A stretch of DNA of 64,000 bases from contig CATNEN010000002.1 of assembly GCA_950097015.1 (NCBI GenBank), positions 1,054,001 through 1,118,000 of the forward strand, in the 5' to 3' direction. Below, one piece after another: positions 24,201 through 34,611 of this stretch. Source of the stretch: Macrostomum hystrix (Eukaryota > Animalia > Platyhelminthes). Each line of letters begins with the position of its first letter. Positions within the stretch are counted from its first letter, which is position 1. Position numbers and translations under genes: made by a program. The notes under the pieces are model-generated. The model saw only the letters and a program-made list of their open reading frames with translations. It was not told the origin of the DNA and made no database searches.

Positions 24201-25701
24201 GTCTACAACTATTTATATATGCCATGCCATTAATTTCAATTTCATCCACTTGTTCTGTTCTTTGAAACAAGGCCTTTTCGGGTTTGAACATTGTGTTGAA
24301 CACTTGAGCCAATAGATTGACAAAGTTGCCAGTGTGTTACGACAGTGTTCTACATTTTGACAGACCCATTCATTAATTGACATTAATGTCATCCCTTTTA
24401 GTTATTGTAATAACAACTTACTAAATCTTATGTCATCGTTACATGTTTTCATTTGAATTGTATTGACTAATAATAATAATAATTGCAGGAGGGCTGCGGG
24501 CAATGACACATAGTTTGGTGACACTAGACCCACAGCCAGCGAGGAGGCAATTCTGCCCATTTCGCTGACTCCTGAGCACACACGCACACAGATACTGTAT
24601 GCAGGCATACGCTCACACAGGTGTGTACATCTGCCCTGACTTTCTCATCGTCAGGCAATGTACACTCGAACTGTGCCTTGGAGGTTGGCCCTCAAGGGCA
24701 TAAATTGCATGACAAGCCCCCAAGCCTTCTCTCTGCGGCTGCGCCCCAAATAAATGTGGCCTCGCCATGGAATCGAACTTAGGGACTGTGGTGCGAGTGG
24801 CAAACGCGTTAACCGCTCTGCCACCGACCCCCTAATTGTATTGACTTAAAAGTAAGAAGTCTGTCAAAGAAAATCATACATGTCAACCAGCAGAATTCTA
24901 GTCAGCACCAAACTCCTCACACATCATTGTTATTCTTTTACACTATGCATTGATAGTGTACACTATACACTATATACTCTGAAGCAAAAGTCTTATGCTC
25001 AGAGAAGAATAGGTAGGGACTTGAAAGTAGACCTATTCATACAAGCTGCCATGTGGATAAGCAGAAAATTATTTCCACGGATCCGTGTGGATAGAATTGA
25101 AATTATCAGCACGGGACCGTGGGAATAAGCACTTCCTTCAATAAAATGTCTGCAAATCAGCCAACAGTATAGTTTGCACAATTGAGACTTATTGTCATAA
25201 TATACATGCCACATGAAGAAATTTCTTTAAATTTCCAAATTTTCACATTTTTGCTATTTTTTAAGATTCAGTTCAGACATAGCTGTTTCATTTTGGAGTA
25301 AGCCAAACACAACAATTTTATTGTTGGTATTATCCCAGCCCTAGAACAGTGCAAGTAGCTACATTTTTAGCAACATTTTACTACTGGCATAAGCCATAGC
25401 ATCATCTAAACCTGACTGACTAGCTATAGGACTGAAAGGACTGACAAAAGAGAATGACATTTGTCACATTTTACATAGACCAGCATAATAGTAACAAATA
25501 TATGTTCCACTAGAATATAGTCATAGACTAAAAATAGTATAAAAAATCTTTAAAATTTAAGTAATCAATTCTTACCTTCTCTTCAATTAAACTGACACCA
25601 TTCCCTTGTGAAATGTAAGACTTTGCAAGTGCTCGTGCCAGTTGAATGACAGAAGACTGGGAAGTTCCGCCAAAGTAGGAAAGAGAATATATTGGAGGCA
25701 T
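1..25701 (-). CDS. PI4KA: Phosphatidylinositol 4-kinase alpha, 5' part (18 exons; gene continues past the left edge)
   Basis: Exons (5'->3'): 25576-25701, 22126-22245, 21948-22041, 21715-21870, 20433-20747, 19865-20106, 18454-18824, 17462-17893, 16227-16443, 14791-15075, 6862-6979, 6567-6691, 5826-5968, 5648-5730, 4092-4749, 2282-2588, 583-1032, <1-406. All are GT-AG with consistent phase. Peptides match recalled human PI4KA: IIDQLGCLIIAG~IIDQLGCLVITG; KLFKDFWLYCVL~KLFRDFWLYSVL; HAQFLLVMFNH~HAQFLLVNFNH; FPHVMWSGKVL~FPHLLWSGTVL; LLHDLCWAGLRQFN~LLHHLCWGPLRMFN. The kinase domain lies outside the window. Confidence 0.95.
1119..2060. repeat. 46-bp minisatellite in PI4KA intron
   Basis: Unit gtgtacactcgctagccagatccacccctccgcctctcttacccct, period 46, degenerating toward 2060. 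Confidence 0.97.
2077..2200 (-). mobile_element. tRNA-derived SINE family B, partial copy
   Basis: Shares ttaacagctg(a/g)gtgaactgaag and the degenerate tRNA head with the full copy at 55312-55632. Confidence 0.6.
2735..3945. repeat. 21-bp minisatellite in PI4KA intron
   Basis: Unit acattctaaaacacgattccg; source of the spurious MSESCFR ORFs. Confidence 0.97.
4813..5106 (-). mobile_element. tRNA-derived SINE family A
   Basis: Reverse-complement homolog of 42686-43037 and same orientation as 24468-24832; degenerate A/B boxes at the 5106 end. Confidence 0.8.
5320..5545 (-). mobile_element. tRNA-derived SINE family B, core deleted
   Basis: cagatgtgcagccgacagcacagccgcagc...gttcagtccatggactgggggac is nearly identical to 55358-55455; tRNA head at 5490-5545. 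Confidence 0.75.
6113..6395. repeat. 21-bp AT-rich minisatellite in PI4KA intron
   Basis: Unit atgacattgataaatataaaa. Confidence 0.95.
8065..12351 (-). mobile_element. Full-length non-LTR retrotransposon, RTE clade
   Basis: 13-bp TSD tgccggaagagtc at 8052-8064 and 12352-12364; (GAA)6 3' tail at 8065-8082; single intact ORF; about 370 bp of 5' UTR. Confidence 0.92.
8143..11982 (-). CDS. LINE ORF: apurinic-like endonuclease, reverse transcriptase and C-terminal zinc fingers (1279 aa)
   Basis: APE motifs TWNVQ, ITETQ, GGDFNA, SDHLP; RT motifs NYRGVCLL, NQAGFR, DLKKAYPRV, GLREGCATSPVLFNIY, LFADD; four C-terminal Cys/His fingers, the first of RTE type (CGKICRSRGGLAIHRKRMH). Confidence 0.96.
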   Translation of the reverse strand: MKQEGDSQRSIEAGIKLHLSTIEKNPGPRNADQRKTRNRRRTLRRRKRKEKRIKQKTEEAESDWKELRIKIATWNVQRANIGSARFGEIVKAASKWQITLITETQVTQTGIREYKTVEGTSHLIHSGRVGILLSEPAWLLWLKEGRKMQPQERSLAIELGDCILVSVYQPVKGVEGYDSTIIEVRSELERILTTAGQKKAIFIGGDFNASVGSNNTGMNPRSGTPFTCIGKCSTRTANDQGLELMLWMEEWNLVWTSSFFKQKKGGTWKNPRTKRWYELDGFIVRKDQRHKTVRKVYTDHSPRLSDHLPKVLWAHPNLAKQIRKIAKKNKITAIKKQKRKRIEWEKLREEEVREKFAKETSQETGNNQWEEVERNLVKKAEAVCGIKKRQTNPWMAGKEEALKELNIGIKNALRERNEANREWQETQNEEDRVKLETKKQVLRETRKKKNEWLTQWEEVWCNTLAEKCKENCEKGNVAGMYENLREMGAAEMGNRNQSRGKNLFSANDFKEHLEQVQKDRFENDPTTMLARIDTFAKLQVPKKVQRTANESLVEPITRTEFEREINKMKNGAPGEDDVRLIYIKTANTTVREKCFTEITRLWEEPAKEWKESQKLGLIIPLHKKGDKKDLNNYRGVCLLPMTSRILARIIATRINKWAEETECLDDNQAGFRRNRSTMDATQIILRLQEDATLMKEIRADREENANNNENNESDEDNDETTIKLLDLKKAYPRVNKPALWKLLAHYEMPKKMIDKLRDLHEYTAYKVHTEDEDSQTFFPQRGLREGCATSPVLFNIYHQAVMREAEIERKAAATNKGLEVGIEWAYLPGNDLPPQRNYKFTEETVTTRITCSLFADDTTVIGEKKEIKEGTATVKKVMGWLEERTNDAKEETATLGTEESNKIRMLGTWLGKKEDTHQRLQRATSAWTKVKKRLRRTRLTKRTQARVVEACVESTMTFNAGARPFKKGEIDQLQRTMDKFYRYIWSSKTKEPLREMEEKQMNMWDVRRSMGVKCIQRKIEIAHWRRMGHVLRLPNTSLTKICVMGWNKRLEKAKRPKKRRTTIITYWRKLVRKAKLDPLKVGQYANDRTKWKETIRKRDAEWEKIERLRCKGREGNETIELEERNQASSPQTEESELTGFRCWEVNCGKICRSRGGLAIHRKRMHKTDTGIRMKCGRCNDEFRTEATRKNHEQWCSGGRTEGTKRECNNCKRWISKTNYARHRRQCVEDPPAIKSPRTVDEVTRTVARIHKRKRAECRYCKKWLSATNMARHERGCGEH
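12239..12886 (-). CDS. BEN-domain protein, transposon-borne; C-terminus altered by the LINE insertion
   Basis: MLRTLYRAVFSTEELTTRSYTGRKTKKDGPPPKPEVSKKKKFAIKAFI...IFKRTAFCAARK fits the BEN pattern (R.L...F...EL...S.TG...K..L...K..AI), followed by an acidic tail. The original end NPSAEAK* lies at 8029-8051. Confidence 0.75.
   Translation of the reverse strand: MHCGQLALNGIDYEQIKRAVSVYVKGGFSSTDGDKMLRTLYRAVFSTEELTTRSYTGRKTKKDGPPPKPEVSKKKKFAIKAFISGLKFPEEFPKKSYATIFKRTAFCAARKLKSPLKVTPSGRTGRNKGGRKEAGDEEGGGDLDSAKELDLDGGDVDAKEDDDSDDDDEAAASSDSSGSLANGFPHSRASASAKRTVRGIGWQRRSQGGEPADSE
13375..14650. repeat. 24-bp minisatellite in PI4KA intron 10
   Basis: Unit ctagctgttactcagtaaagtaca; a degenerate unit also flanks the left end of the TIR element (7090-7120). 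Confidence 0.97.
15170..15300 (-). mobile_element. SINE family B 3' fragment with (AAT)n tail
   Basis: cagatgtactgccgacattacagccgcagcta...aaggctgcgtac...catggac matches the tail of 55312-55450. Confidence 0.65.
15340..16170. repeat. 21-bp minisatellite (CCAAT-containing) with higher-order structure
   Basis: Unit aaccaatcagaatcgaccaca, with periodic variant blocks. Confidence 0.96.
16622..17322. repeat. 23-bp minisatellite
   Basis: Unit caccatgcccatatatttccc(a/t)a; source of several spurious overlapping ORFs. Confidence 0.97.
17925..18435. repeat. About 33-34-bp degenerate minisatellite
   Basis: Unit approximately gagtaatgagcaatga(c/g)(g/a)ggtcatacagtttgat. Confidence 0.9.
18890..19825. repeat. 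29-bp minisatellite with longer variant units
   Basis: Unit ctgggatgatagaatcccaacctgtggat. Confidence 0.96.
20797..21702. repeat. 45-bp minisatellite (53-bp variant units at left end)
   Basis: Unit agcctgacacctactgtgtctgatcagtgaccgcagataccacat; source of the MWYLRSLIRHSRCQA repeat ORF. Confidence 0.97.
24099..25133. mobile_element. MITE-like element: about 105-bp imperfect inverted repeats, with a nested SINE
   Basis: 24103-24207 (gcttattcccactgtccc...gcagcttgtatgaataggtctac) is the inverted copy of 25027-25131; no clean TSD. Confidence 0.55.
24468..24832 (-). mobile_element. tRNA-derived SINE family A, full length
   Basis: Minus strand: A-box GGTGGCAGAGCGG, B-box GTTCGATTCC, (ATT)n tail; homologous to 42686-43037. 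Confidence 0.85.
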
Positions 25702-26235
25702 TATGGTTTATACTATCTAGGTTGACAATAGTTAAAAAACCGACTAGCTAGCCGCAACTAGCTCTAGCTAGTAGTAAGACCACAAGTTAGACGCCTAACG
25801 ACAGTTGTTTTAGAATATGTAGCAAAATGTAGCAAATAGACGTATCTAAGCTATATATAATATATAGTTAGTACAAAAAAATACTATATATAAACAATAG
25901 GAAGGTAGTAGCAGTATCTATCAATCAAAAACTATTTAAAAAGGTTGAAACCGTCCATAATAGGTATAATACCAATACAAAAAGGACAAAGTATATATTA
26001 ATGTCTCGCTCCTATACGGTAGCCTGAAATGAAATCACCTTTAAGACAAAAAATTCAAAACACATTACGAAGAAACCGATTTATTAACAAATTTATGTTT
26101 TCTCACTTGTAGAGATGTAGCTAATCCGTTTTTTATAAAAATTTAAATTAAAATTTGAAGCACATAATCGCACGCTAACGATCACTGTAGCTTCTATTTA
26201 CTCATAGTTTAAAATCAACGTACGATCAGGTGACT

Positions 26236-29200
26236 GGCCCTGTCTCAAAGCTTAGACGACAATTTTTGAAATAAAAAAGAGGTGAAGGAAGCGATAGTTT
26301 TTTTTTATCTAAATTGTTTATTACTGGCCTTGTATCTCGAAAAATATACTTAAAGCACCAGCATCGACGAATATGTGACCTAAATACGAATTTGTTAGTT
26401 TTTTGTCCGGACTAACTGACGATTACAAAAATACATGACATTAGGTTCTTAAAAGATGTTTAGGATGTCTATAACAAAAATAAAGGAAAATAAAATTTAG
26501 AGCTAGAATTAAGCTTTCGGTTAAAAAAACTTTGTACGTTTTTTTTGTTTTTTTTTATAAAAATGACTCAAACAATAATTTAACTTGTGAAAATGCTGTA
26601 CATTTTTTATCGGTGAAGATAACTCGCACCGTTGTGTTTCGTGTGGGTACTGTTTGAATAACTCAAATAGAATTCCGAAATTTATATTTTAATTATTTTA
26701 TGTTAAAATTAGTTTATTGAAGTGTATAAACTCGTTTTATAACATTGATATGTTTTGGTATTTAATGCAATTTTGTGTATATCACGATGACATAACATAC
26801 TACATTCAGAGCCATTATTAGGTAACATTTTAAGTAGATGTAGACTAGATGTAGTTTTGATGCGAATGTTTAAAAAAGTTCAGACTAGCTTTAAAAAAAT
26901 AAAATGTAACACCAGCTAAATATATATATATATAACACGAAACTCTCTAGAATACGGGCCACAAAATTCGCAGTAAAATTGTACACTTGGCAAAAATAAA
27001 TGCAGCTTTGAAAAAAGAAAAAACCATTTAAAACAATTATAATAAGGCCTTATCTTTATACCTAATTTTTAGCAAATGTAAGGTAATATATAGTTGAAAA
27101 AAACAGAAGGATATAGAAGCTAAAGATTTTTTGCTAACTGTACTGAGTTGCAGATGAAGCTCAAAAAGTATTTTCATTGTAGACAGCAACAGAAATAAAG
27201 TAAATATAACAACTAAACAAGAGCTACTTTCAGCTGAACTGATGCCATTAAAAATGGCAATAACAACAGAAGAAACTGAATAAACTTCTAAATAGCTTTT
27301 TTTACAAACAGTTGTACTGTAAAGATCTGAACAATCTGATTAACAAAGGGCAAGCAACCCATATAAAATGTGATCCTAAAACATTTTTGTTTTAATATAA
27401 GAAAACAGGAGATTTAATACATTTTGCAATTTTTAATTGCTATTAATAACATAATAACTTTCTAGATGTGCTTATTTTTTTCAAATAATAAGCTTCAAAC
27501 CATATCTGCCACTCTAAAAGTGTCTACATTTAAAACTTTTTGCATTTATCATAGCTTTTAGTTATTATTTTATTTTTATCTATAATGCATCTCTAATTTA
27601 AACTCTATGTTAAGCGATTTGGAATCTACATGCATGATGGCACGTTTAAGTTCGTGAGTCTAGTTTCAGAATATGACAAAGTGAAGTCGTTATCTTTTAC
27701 AGCTACCTAGATCAGCAAGCGCAGTTGTTGTTTTCGTCATTTATGCTATGCATGATATAGTGCAAAAGAAGTGGAATGTAGCGAAGTCGGTGCTGGGAGG
27801 CAGATCCACACAATCATGGTGGAACCATCGAGGGCAGCCTTCGCATTGCACTCCCTGCACGTTTGCTGCACTTGGCAGAGGACACTGATCAGCAGCACAA
27901 AACGTGTGCACTACTTCATGATATCTACGCCCTTGTCCTCTGCGCCCTTGTCCGCGTCCTCGTCCGCGCCCTCGGCCACGACCTCGTCCACGACCTCGAC
28001 TGTGATCATCGTTGGAGCCAGCATCAGCGTTAGTGGTGACGCCTGCAACAGTTAAGTCACTGGCAGTGGCCCTCCGACTAGACAACTTCCAAGGGCTCCA
28101 TATGCGTGCATTAAAGCAAGTACAATCCTCTGATGCTCCTGTACAGATACAGCAAAGGTCGCGATAGATAATGCCATGCGCCGAAGACCTTGTTACGTGG
28201 TGCATCTTAGCGGCGCCCGGCATATCATTTAGGTTCACCAACAGGAACAGGTCAGTGAATTCTTTGATGTCTGTCGATTTAACTAACCATGTAAATACAC
28301 GCAGAGCATCATCCTCTTTGACAGCCCACAGAACGTCCTCCGGCGTCACAACATCTCGCTTTGCAGCCACCACCGCATCGCATCTCCGCTTCACAGCTGC
28401 ACCAACGCCATCTGCCGCACCCTTGCCGTGGCCAGCCTCAGTATAAATCCATTGCCAGTCTGAAATCGAAAAGCGCAGCATGAGACGCTGAAATACGTAA
28501 ATCATCTTCCGGCTCCGATACTGACTCGAAGGCGAATCCGATATCATTGTAACCTTCGTCAATGCAATGCCTTCTTCCTTGTACAACTTAAGAAAGTGGC
28601 CTATCACAGGCTTCAGGTGGGCGGCTATCCCATCAGCTGTCTTTGTCCTGTCTGCCGACACAGAAACAAAGGAAAACGGTGGATGATCGGCCCGATAGGC
28701 AACACCCTGGTGGATGACAATCTGATTCTGCTCGCCAAAGTGTGTCGCCTGGACTTCTTTGTGGTACTTAGCGCCATAGTTCTCGGAAAAGTCTACGTGC
28801 AAGACAAGATGACCCGGCACGAGAGTTTGCTTGAGGCGCCGAATGCAACGTAGCTGATGCCGCAGGCGGAAAAAGTGGGCGGCAAAGTCGTCGAGTTGGT
28901 TAAGAAGCATGCTGACGGCCTCGTCGCAATTGACGATCATTCTGACGACCTCTACGCCATTGCCGCTACTTCGTGATTGCCAGACGTCGAAGGTCACATC
29001 CGGCTTGTTAATTGCTGCGCTCGTCACAGGGGACAATCGTCTACAGGTTTCGCAGCGGCGCATTAGACAATCAACCGACTCATCGGAGCAGACGATCGCA
29101 TCCAGGAGATCGCGCAAGCTGCTTGTTTTCAAAAGCCGAGCCGAGTGCATCCCCTTGGCCAGGAACTCTAAGTTGGTACATTGCATGCACATGCAGATGT

Positions 29201-31430
29201 CGCGATCACACAGGCGAGGCTGAACAACATGCCAGGGCCTCAAGCGAAAGAATGTCGCCCGACTGATCTTTACTCCAGGATTCTCTCGTTTGAATTTGGC
29301 ATACAGCGCCTCGCCTGCGTAAAAATACGATTTTAAAGTTTAGAAGCGCTCTTTTACGCAGAACAATAGTTTACTGTTTACTTTTAGGAAGCAGAAAATG
29401 ATATTAAAATTGTGATTTTATTTACTAGTTTGAATCTCTCACTGCACTACATATCTGTTTCCAATTTAAGTTCCTGGACTACATCTACGCTCGTAGAATG
29501 TATATTTGTATAACTGTTCATAAAATATACTAATTGCTTGCGTTTTGTAATCAAGCCCAGCGTACCATGTAATCAATGGACTTCATTTACCTGTGGACAC
29601 AAGAAAGCGCTTCTGACGTGTCTCCTTGGTTTTCTTGCCAGCGATTACCACGAATCGCCTGATGAAATGCTTCTTCGATGATGTCGAGCGGCTATTCTCA
29701 TCATCGCACCAGAAGGCTTCTACAGATTCGTGAAGGGCTTTCGTGACTCGTCTGACAGGCGCCTTCAGAACCTTCGGGGACGCACCAAGCATCTGCATGA
29801 CAGCCTTTCGCTTATCTGGTGGCGAGGCTTCACAAATTTCTCGGATGCTTTGACGAATATGCTTTTTGCGCCGCAGACCAGCTAAGGTCTCAACCAAGAA
29901 ATTGCTCCGCCTGTCCAGATCCTCACAGCGCCGTTCAGCAGCAGCCGTTGCTTGATGCCCCCTCAATAGCTGGACACGCAGAATGCTGATCCGCCTTTTT
30001 GCTTCAATCAGCTCATCATGCAGATTTCGAGCCTCTCTTTTAAGCTTCGTGCGCTCACGGACACGTGCTGCCTCAGAACGAGAAATTGGTACGCGCTTAG
30101 ATTGCTTAGGCGGATTATTGCCTGCGGTAATTCTACTGGTCTTCTTTTTGTGGTAGTAGGCACGCTGATTTTCAAGGTAGCTGCTATGTGACCCAAAGTT
30201 CTTTTTAATGTATCTATCCTTTTTTGCTCGCAGCTTCTGCCGCTTACTAAGTGCAAAAGGCTTGCCCTGCGACGAGAGGATGAACAATGGTTGTAAGCAT
30301 GCTTTACACGTAGATCCTGTATTAACATCTTAAATCCTTAGTGCATAAACAGAGAACAAACATTCTTAAAATAATCTTTATTTCTTGACTCTTCCAATTG
30401 GGAGGAAATAATATTTATATTCAAATATTCAAAAAAATGTAGTGATATAATTTTTTGCACTATTTTGGAATAAATATATTTGTCTATAATGCATAAACCT
30501 ATTGAAATTTATTGAGGCCTATAATTTGAAATCTGTTTATGTCGATGCAAAATGAAAAAAATCATTTGCAATAATTAAAGTAATCAACATTTTTGTTAAT
30601 TTTCACGCTCCAATGCACAATGGGTAATTGTCTAGCTTGGTTACAGAACCAAAATAAAATGTATACAGACATTTACTTACAAATACATCCCTTATTTTTT
30701 AAATATAAGGTTTTGAGAAAATAAAAAAAAAGCATTTGATCATTACATTCAGCTAAACTTGGCTATAAAATTTCAGCACATTTTTTGCACTTAGTGTAGT
30801 GCTAGTGTGATTACAGAAAGTTAGTTTTGTGCTAAAATATTATAACTTTTGTCGAAATGCCAAATGTGATTAAAAATAACGCCATTTTATGCACTTCTAC
30901 TAGTATACGGAAAATATATAACTGCAGTACTGATGTGGAAGTAGTTAAATTATGTGGAAGTGCAGCATTATTTTTTCTATTTTTCTTCTTTTAAGTACGA
31001 ATTAAAACATGAAGACTTATACGGGCCAAGAATTGGGTATTTTTATCTGTAAAAGTTCTCGCCAAAAAAATACTAAATACAATTTCAATTATTAGATGAA
31101 GCTATCATGCTTAAAGTATATGACTATAAGTTTAATCTAAGACATAAATCTGCTTTATAACTTCAGTTTTTTCTTCTGAATCTTTTTAAAAGAACTAATG
31201 GCGGCCATTTTGAAACCGTGACTGATAGTTCTTTTTTAAATAATCGCCTCGAAAAATATCGCTGAATATTTTAAAAGCAATTGTAAGCAATTACTTACTG
31301 CTTAAAAGGCACCTAAAGCATTTTATTTTTCTAAATAGTATATTATTAGAAATACTTAATTGAAAGCTAAGGTGAAAAATAAAAAAAAATTGTTTAAATT
31401 CAATGGTCAGCCTAAAATTGAGACGAGGCC
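26236..31430 (-). mobile_element. DNA transposon, Sola2-like, possibly autonomous
   Basis: Imperfect TIRs GGCCCTGTCTCAAAGCTTAG (left) and GGCCTCGTCTCAATTTTAGG (right, reverse complement); 4-bp TSD GACT at 26232-26235 and 31431-31434; encloses a transposase. Confidence 0.65.
27741..30266 (-). CDS. DDD transposase (Sola2-like) with C-terminal RG repeat and PHD finger; spliced, start exon unresolved
   Basis: Exons 29591-30266 and 27741-29314 join in phase (ACA G|GC GAG) to give 749 open codons. Catalytic motifs VDFSENY, ISDSPSSQYR, HGKGAADGVGAAVKR. Also LYAKFKRENPGVKISRATFFRLRP and a PHD-like C-x4-C...QCEGCPRWFHHDCV...FFC. Confidence 0.8.
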
Positions 31431-32799
31431 GACTCCTTATAATTATACAAATATATATATTTCTCTTTTCGAAGCTTTCGCGCAAGGGGACTTTTGCTTG
31501 TTAAATGGCTGTAAATTTACTCCCTGTCTACTTGGAATAGACAGTTAGTAAACGCGAGTCAAAATAAAGCGACAGGAAGCTTTAAAATAGGAAACTCGAT
31601 AATCACTTAGATGGAACACTGAGCTTCTTTAACAGTTGCTCTTGCTCTATCAGAACTTTACATTATCTCTCTTGATTATAAATATTTATTGGACAGTATG
31701 GTCCCGTGCAGCTGATTTTACTGAGTTTCTGCTATAAACAATATAATAAAAATACAAGAGATGTGACTGATTAAGACTGTATTTAGATGTAGACATACAT
31801 TTAGACATGACAGTACGTGTTGTAATTGAAAACACATGTTTGTGTATAGTAGTGCGCATTAGTAAGATAACGATCAGATTATATAATTCTATTTTTCACT
31901 TTGCACAATTATTTTATTTTCGCGCAGATCCTTTGCCGTTTTCTTTATGGTAATAGATGAAATCAGTTATAATTACAATATCACACGTAGTACGTAATCT
32001 CAACGAGGACCACTTGCTATAGAGTAATATAGGTCTATGTAGTGTCATTTGCTCTAAATCAACGAGGTCATGTCATTCAAATGAAATAACTCTTAAACTT
32101 TACTGTAATGCAGTTAGCTGCATCACAATAGTTAAGAACAACAGGCACAGAAAAAACTATAATCATATTTATTTTTCTCTTACCAATACAGTATGCAGTT
32201 CTGCATGCAGCTACTGCAAGTAGTTAGCAAATAAAGCCATTGGATAAATTTGAATAGAAGCGCAAGAAACTGAGCAGCTACTGTACGTATACATAATAAG
32301 TTTATAGAACCGAATTGAAACATTTGGATAAGGCTAGGCAATGCTGATATGGGTTTGATAAAAGGTTTGTTGCTTTCCCAGGCTACGTACTCAGCTGAAT
32401 GACAACGTTTTTAGAAAAACAAATACAAAAACAGAAAACCAAGCGCACGTGACAAAAGGCTGAATCTCCTGCACCCGAAAAAACGCTTGACAACAGGGAA
32501 AGTGAAAGTCAAAATGAAAACAGCTATAATTAAAGTAATACTAAGTGGTCAAATGATGCTCATATAAAGGGATCTGATAAAAACACAAATCATGATTTCT
32601 CCACATCCGATTGGCCTATAGAGTTGAATAACATTTTACTTGTTAAGTACCATATCCCGATTCGTTGAATAAAATCAATTATTAGTGTTACTTTTTGTAG
32701 AAGCAGCTGCATAATTTGTTGAACCGAACGGAAATTTTCCTATGCCTTGCAGATTACCCATGATTTTACCCTATGTTCATTTAATGCAGAAAGCCAGAG

Positions 32800-33270
32800 T
32801 TACACTTTGGGACCGGCTTGCACCTTCTTGATGAAGTCTTCATATTTGACGTTGCCGTCGAGATCCTCGTGCGTGTCGGTGAACTTCATGATCGCGTCGA
32901 CGTCGGCGTCCTGTAGCCGCTCGCCGTAGCTGGTGAGCACATGGCGCAGCTCTGCAGCCGAGATGTAGCCCTGGCCCTCACGATCAAACGTCTTGAAGGC
33001 CTCCATGAAGTCGGCGAAGGTGCCTTCCTCCTTGGCCTTCATGATCTCCTGGTAGATGGGCAGGAATTCCTCGAACTTGTATCCCTTCTCGCCCATCTTT
33101 TCTTTGCCGCCATGCTTCAGGCAGGTGGCGATGGTCGGGTTCATGCCAACGCAACGTAGGAGGTCGGCAACCTTCGCAGCGTCCACCTCTCCATCGCGAC
33201 CGTCCCAGAAATCGAAGAGGTCGAAAACCTCTCGAATGTCTTCGATTTCACCTTTGCTTAGGCCGGCCAT
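32800..33270 (-). CDS. Myosin essential light chain (EF-hand), intronless
   Basis: [18 protein letters not shown] and [31 protein letters not shown] are typical invertebrate ELC motifs. Confidence 0.95.
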   Translation of the reverse strand: MAGLSKGEIEDIREVFDLFDFWDGRDGEVDAAKVADLLRCVGMNPTIATCLKHGGKEKMGEKGYKFEEFLPIYQEIMKAKEEGTFADFMEAFKTFDREGQGYISAAELRHVLTSYGERLQDADVDAIMKFTDTHEDLDGNVKYEDFIKKVQAGPKV

Positions 33271-34611
33271 TGCTAGTCTGCTGGTGGTTCAGTTTCTGTT
33301 AATGGCGTGTCACAGACTGGCAAACTGCTGCAAGTCTTTCCTCGGTCTGCAATCCTGTCGTTGCGAAATTGCAATGAGTTTAAACCCATGCAGGCCAGTT
33401 CCTCTCGCTCCGCTTCCACAACCCCCGCCTCTGGTTTTCGTCCTATTCGCTTTTTTCTGTGCCATTCAGCATCAGCGATCGATGCGAGGCAGTCAGAGGA
33501 GAGCGAGGGACCTCGGTTGTCTTGCCCTCTTAGCCTGCGTTTCCACAGCTCTTGGAGTGCAATGTAATATTTGGCAGAACTTCGCTAGACCATGCGCGAA
33601 TTGGTCTACAACCCTGATCCCCTTGCCTTCCGGGCTGCAGTGGTGAAAAGTCAATCGCTTTCCAAATTTGGTCATCTTCGTGCTGACTGGCGAATTCTGT
33701 GAAGCCTCGAGGAATCATAATACATTACTTTTCAACCTCTCTGATATATTTCCACCCCACACCTCCACTGAAAGGAATCCCAGCAGAAAGGTCGAAAATT
33801 CAGAACCCCCCGGCCACATACAGCTACTACTTCGATTGCGAATTTCGTCTGCAACTGAAGTTCGTTGTGTAACATTTAGAAGAAGCAGACGATCCATTTA
33901 ATAAAAGTTATTAAATAGCAAGAAGCCTTTGCAGCCAAAGTAAAAAGCCCAAACCCAATGCGAAGTCAACCTGCGAATTGACGGCAGTGCGCAATTTGAG
34001 CGTACATCATAGCTCCTATGGGCTAGAAACATTTTTCTCGATGGCATTAAAAGGAAACGTACACGCGCTCTCTCTCTCGGATTTGAGGGAATCAGGGTTA
34101 ATTGGAGCGTGTGGTAATTGTTAGAGATAAACAAAAAATATAAAGCAATTCTTTTTAAGCTCTTATAACTGTCTTATAACTCGTAGATATTTCTATCGCA
34201 AAAAGCAGGTAAATTCTGGAACTCAACTGAAAGCAAGCTACACGTCTAGAAAGCTAGGCTTGAAACTGATTTACCGAACCGCAATTTTGACAGGGTCATT
34301 ATATAGTTTTGCAACGAGGGTGTTTTGAAACCACAGAAGTCACGTCAGCAGACTTTAATACGAGCTATAGTTAGCTTCACTATCAATAAAATCAAACAAA
34401 CGACTGCTTTCTATAAACACTGGGGTACGCGCAAAGGTCTCTGCTCAAGCAGATTTGCTTTTATCGTTGTTTGGAAGTTTTATAGCACTGATAAGCTGTC
34501 CAGATTTGAAACATTTATTAGCTGACGCAGTTAAGGAGGCTTCATTCAAGCAGTCTCCACAATCAAACGCCTTGCTTGTAACAATTGCTTAGCAATTAAA
34601 AGCTGTGAAGT

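Noticed and set aside
33300-33900. Short ORFs upstream of the myosin light chain
   Set aside because: Frames are inconsistent, there is no recognisable domain, and no supportable splice model
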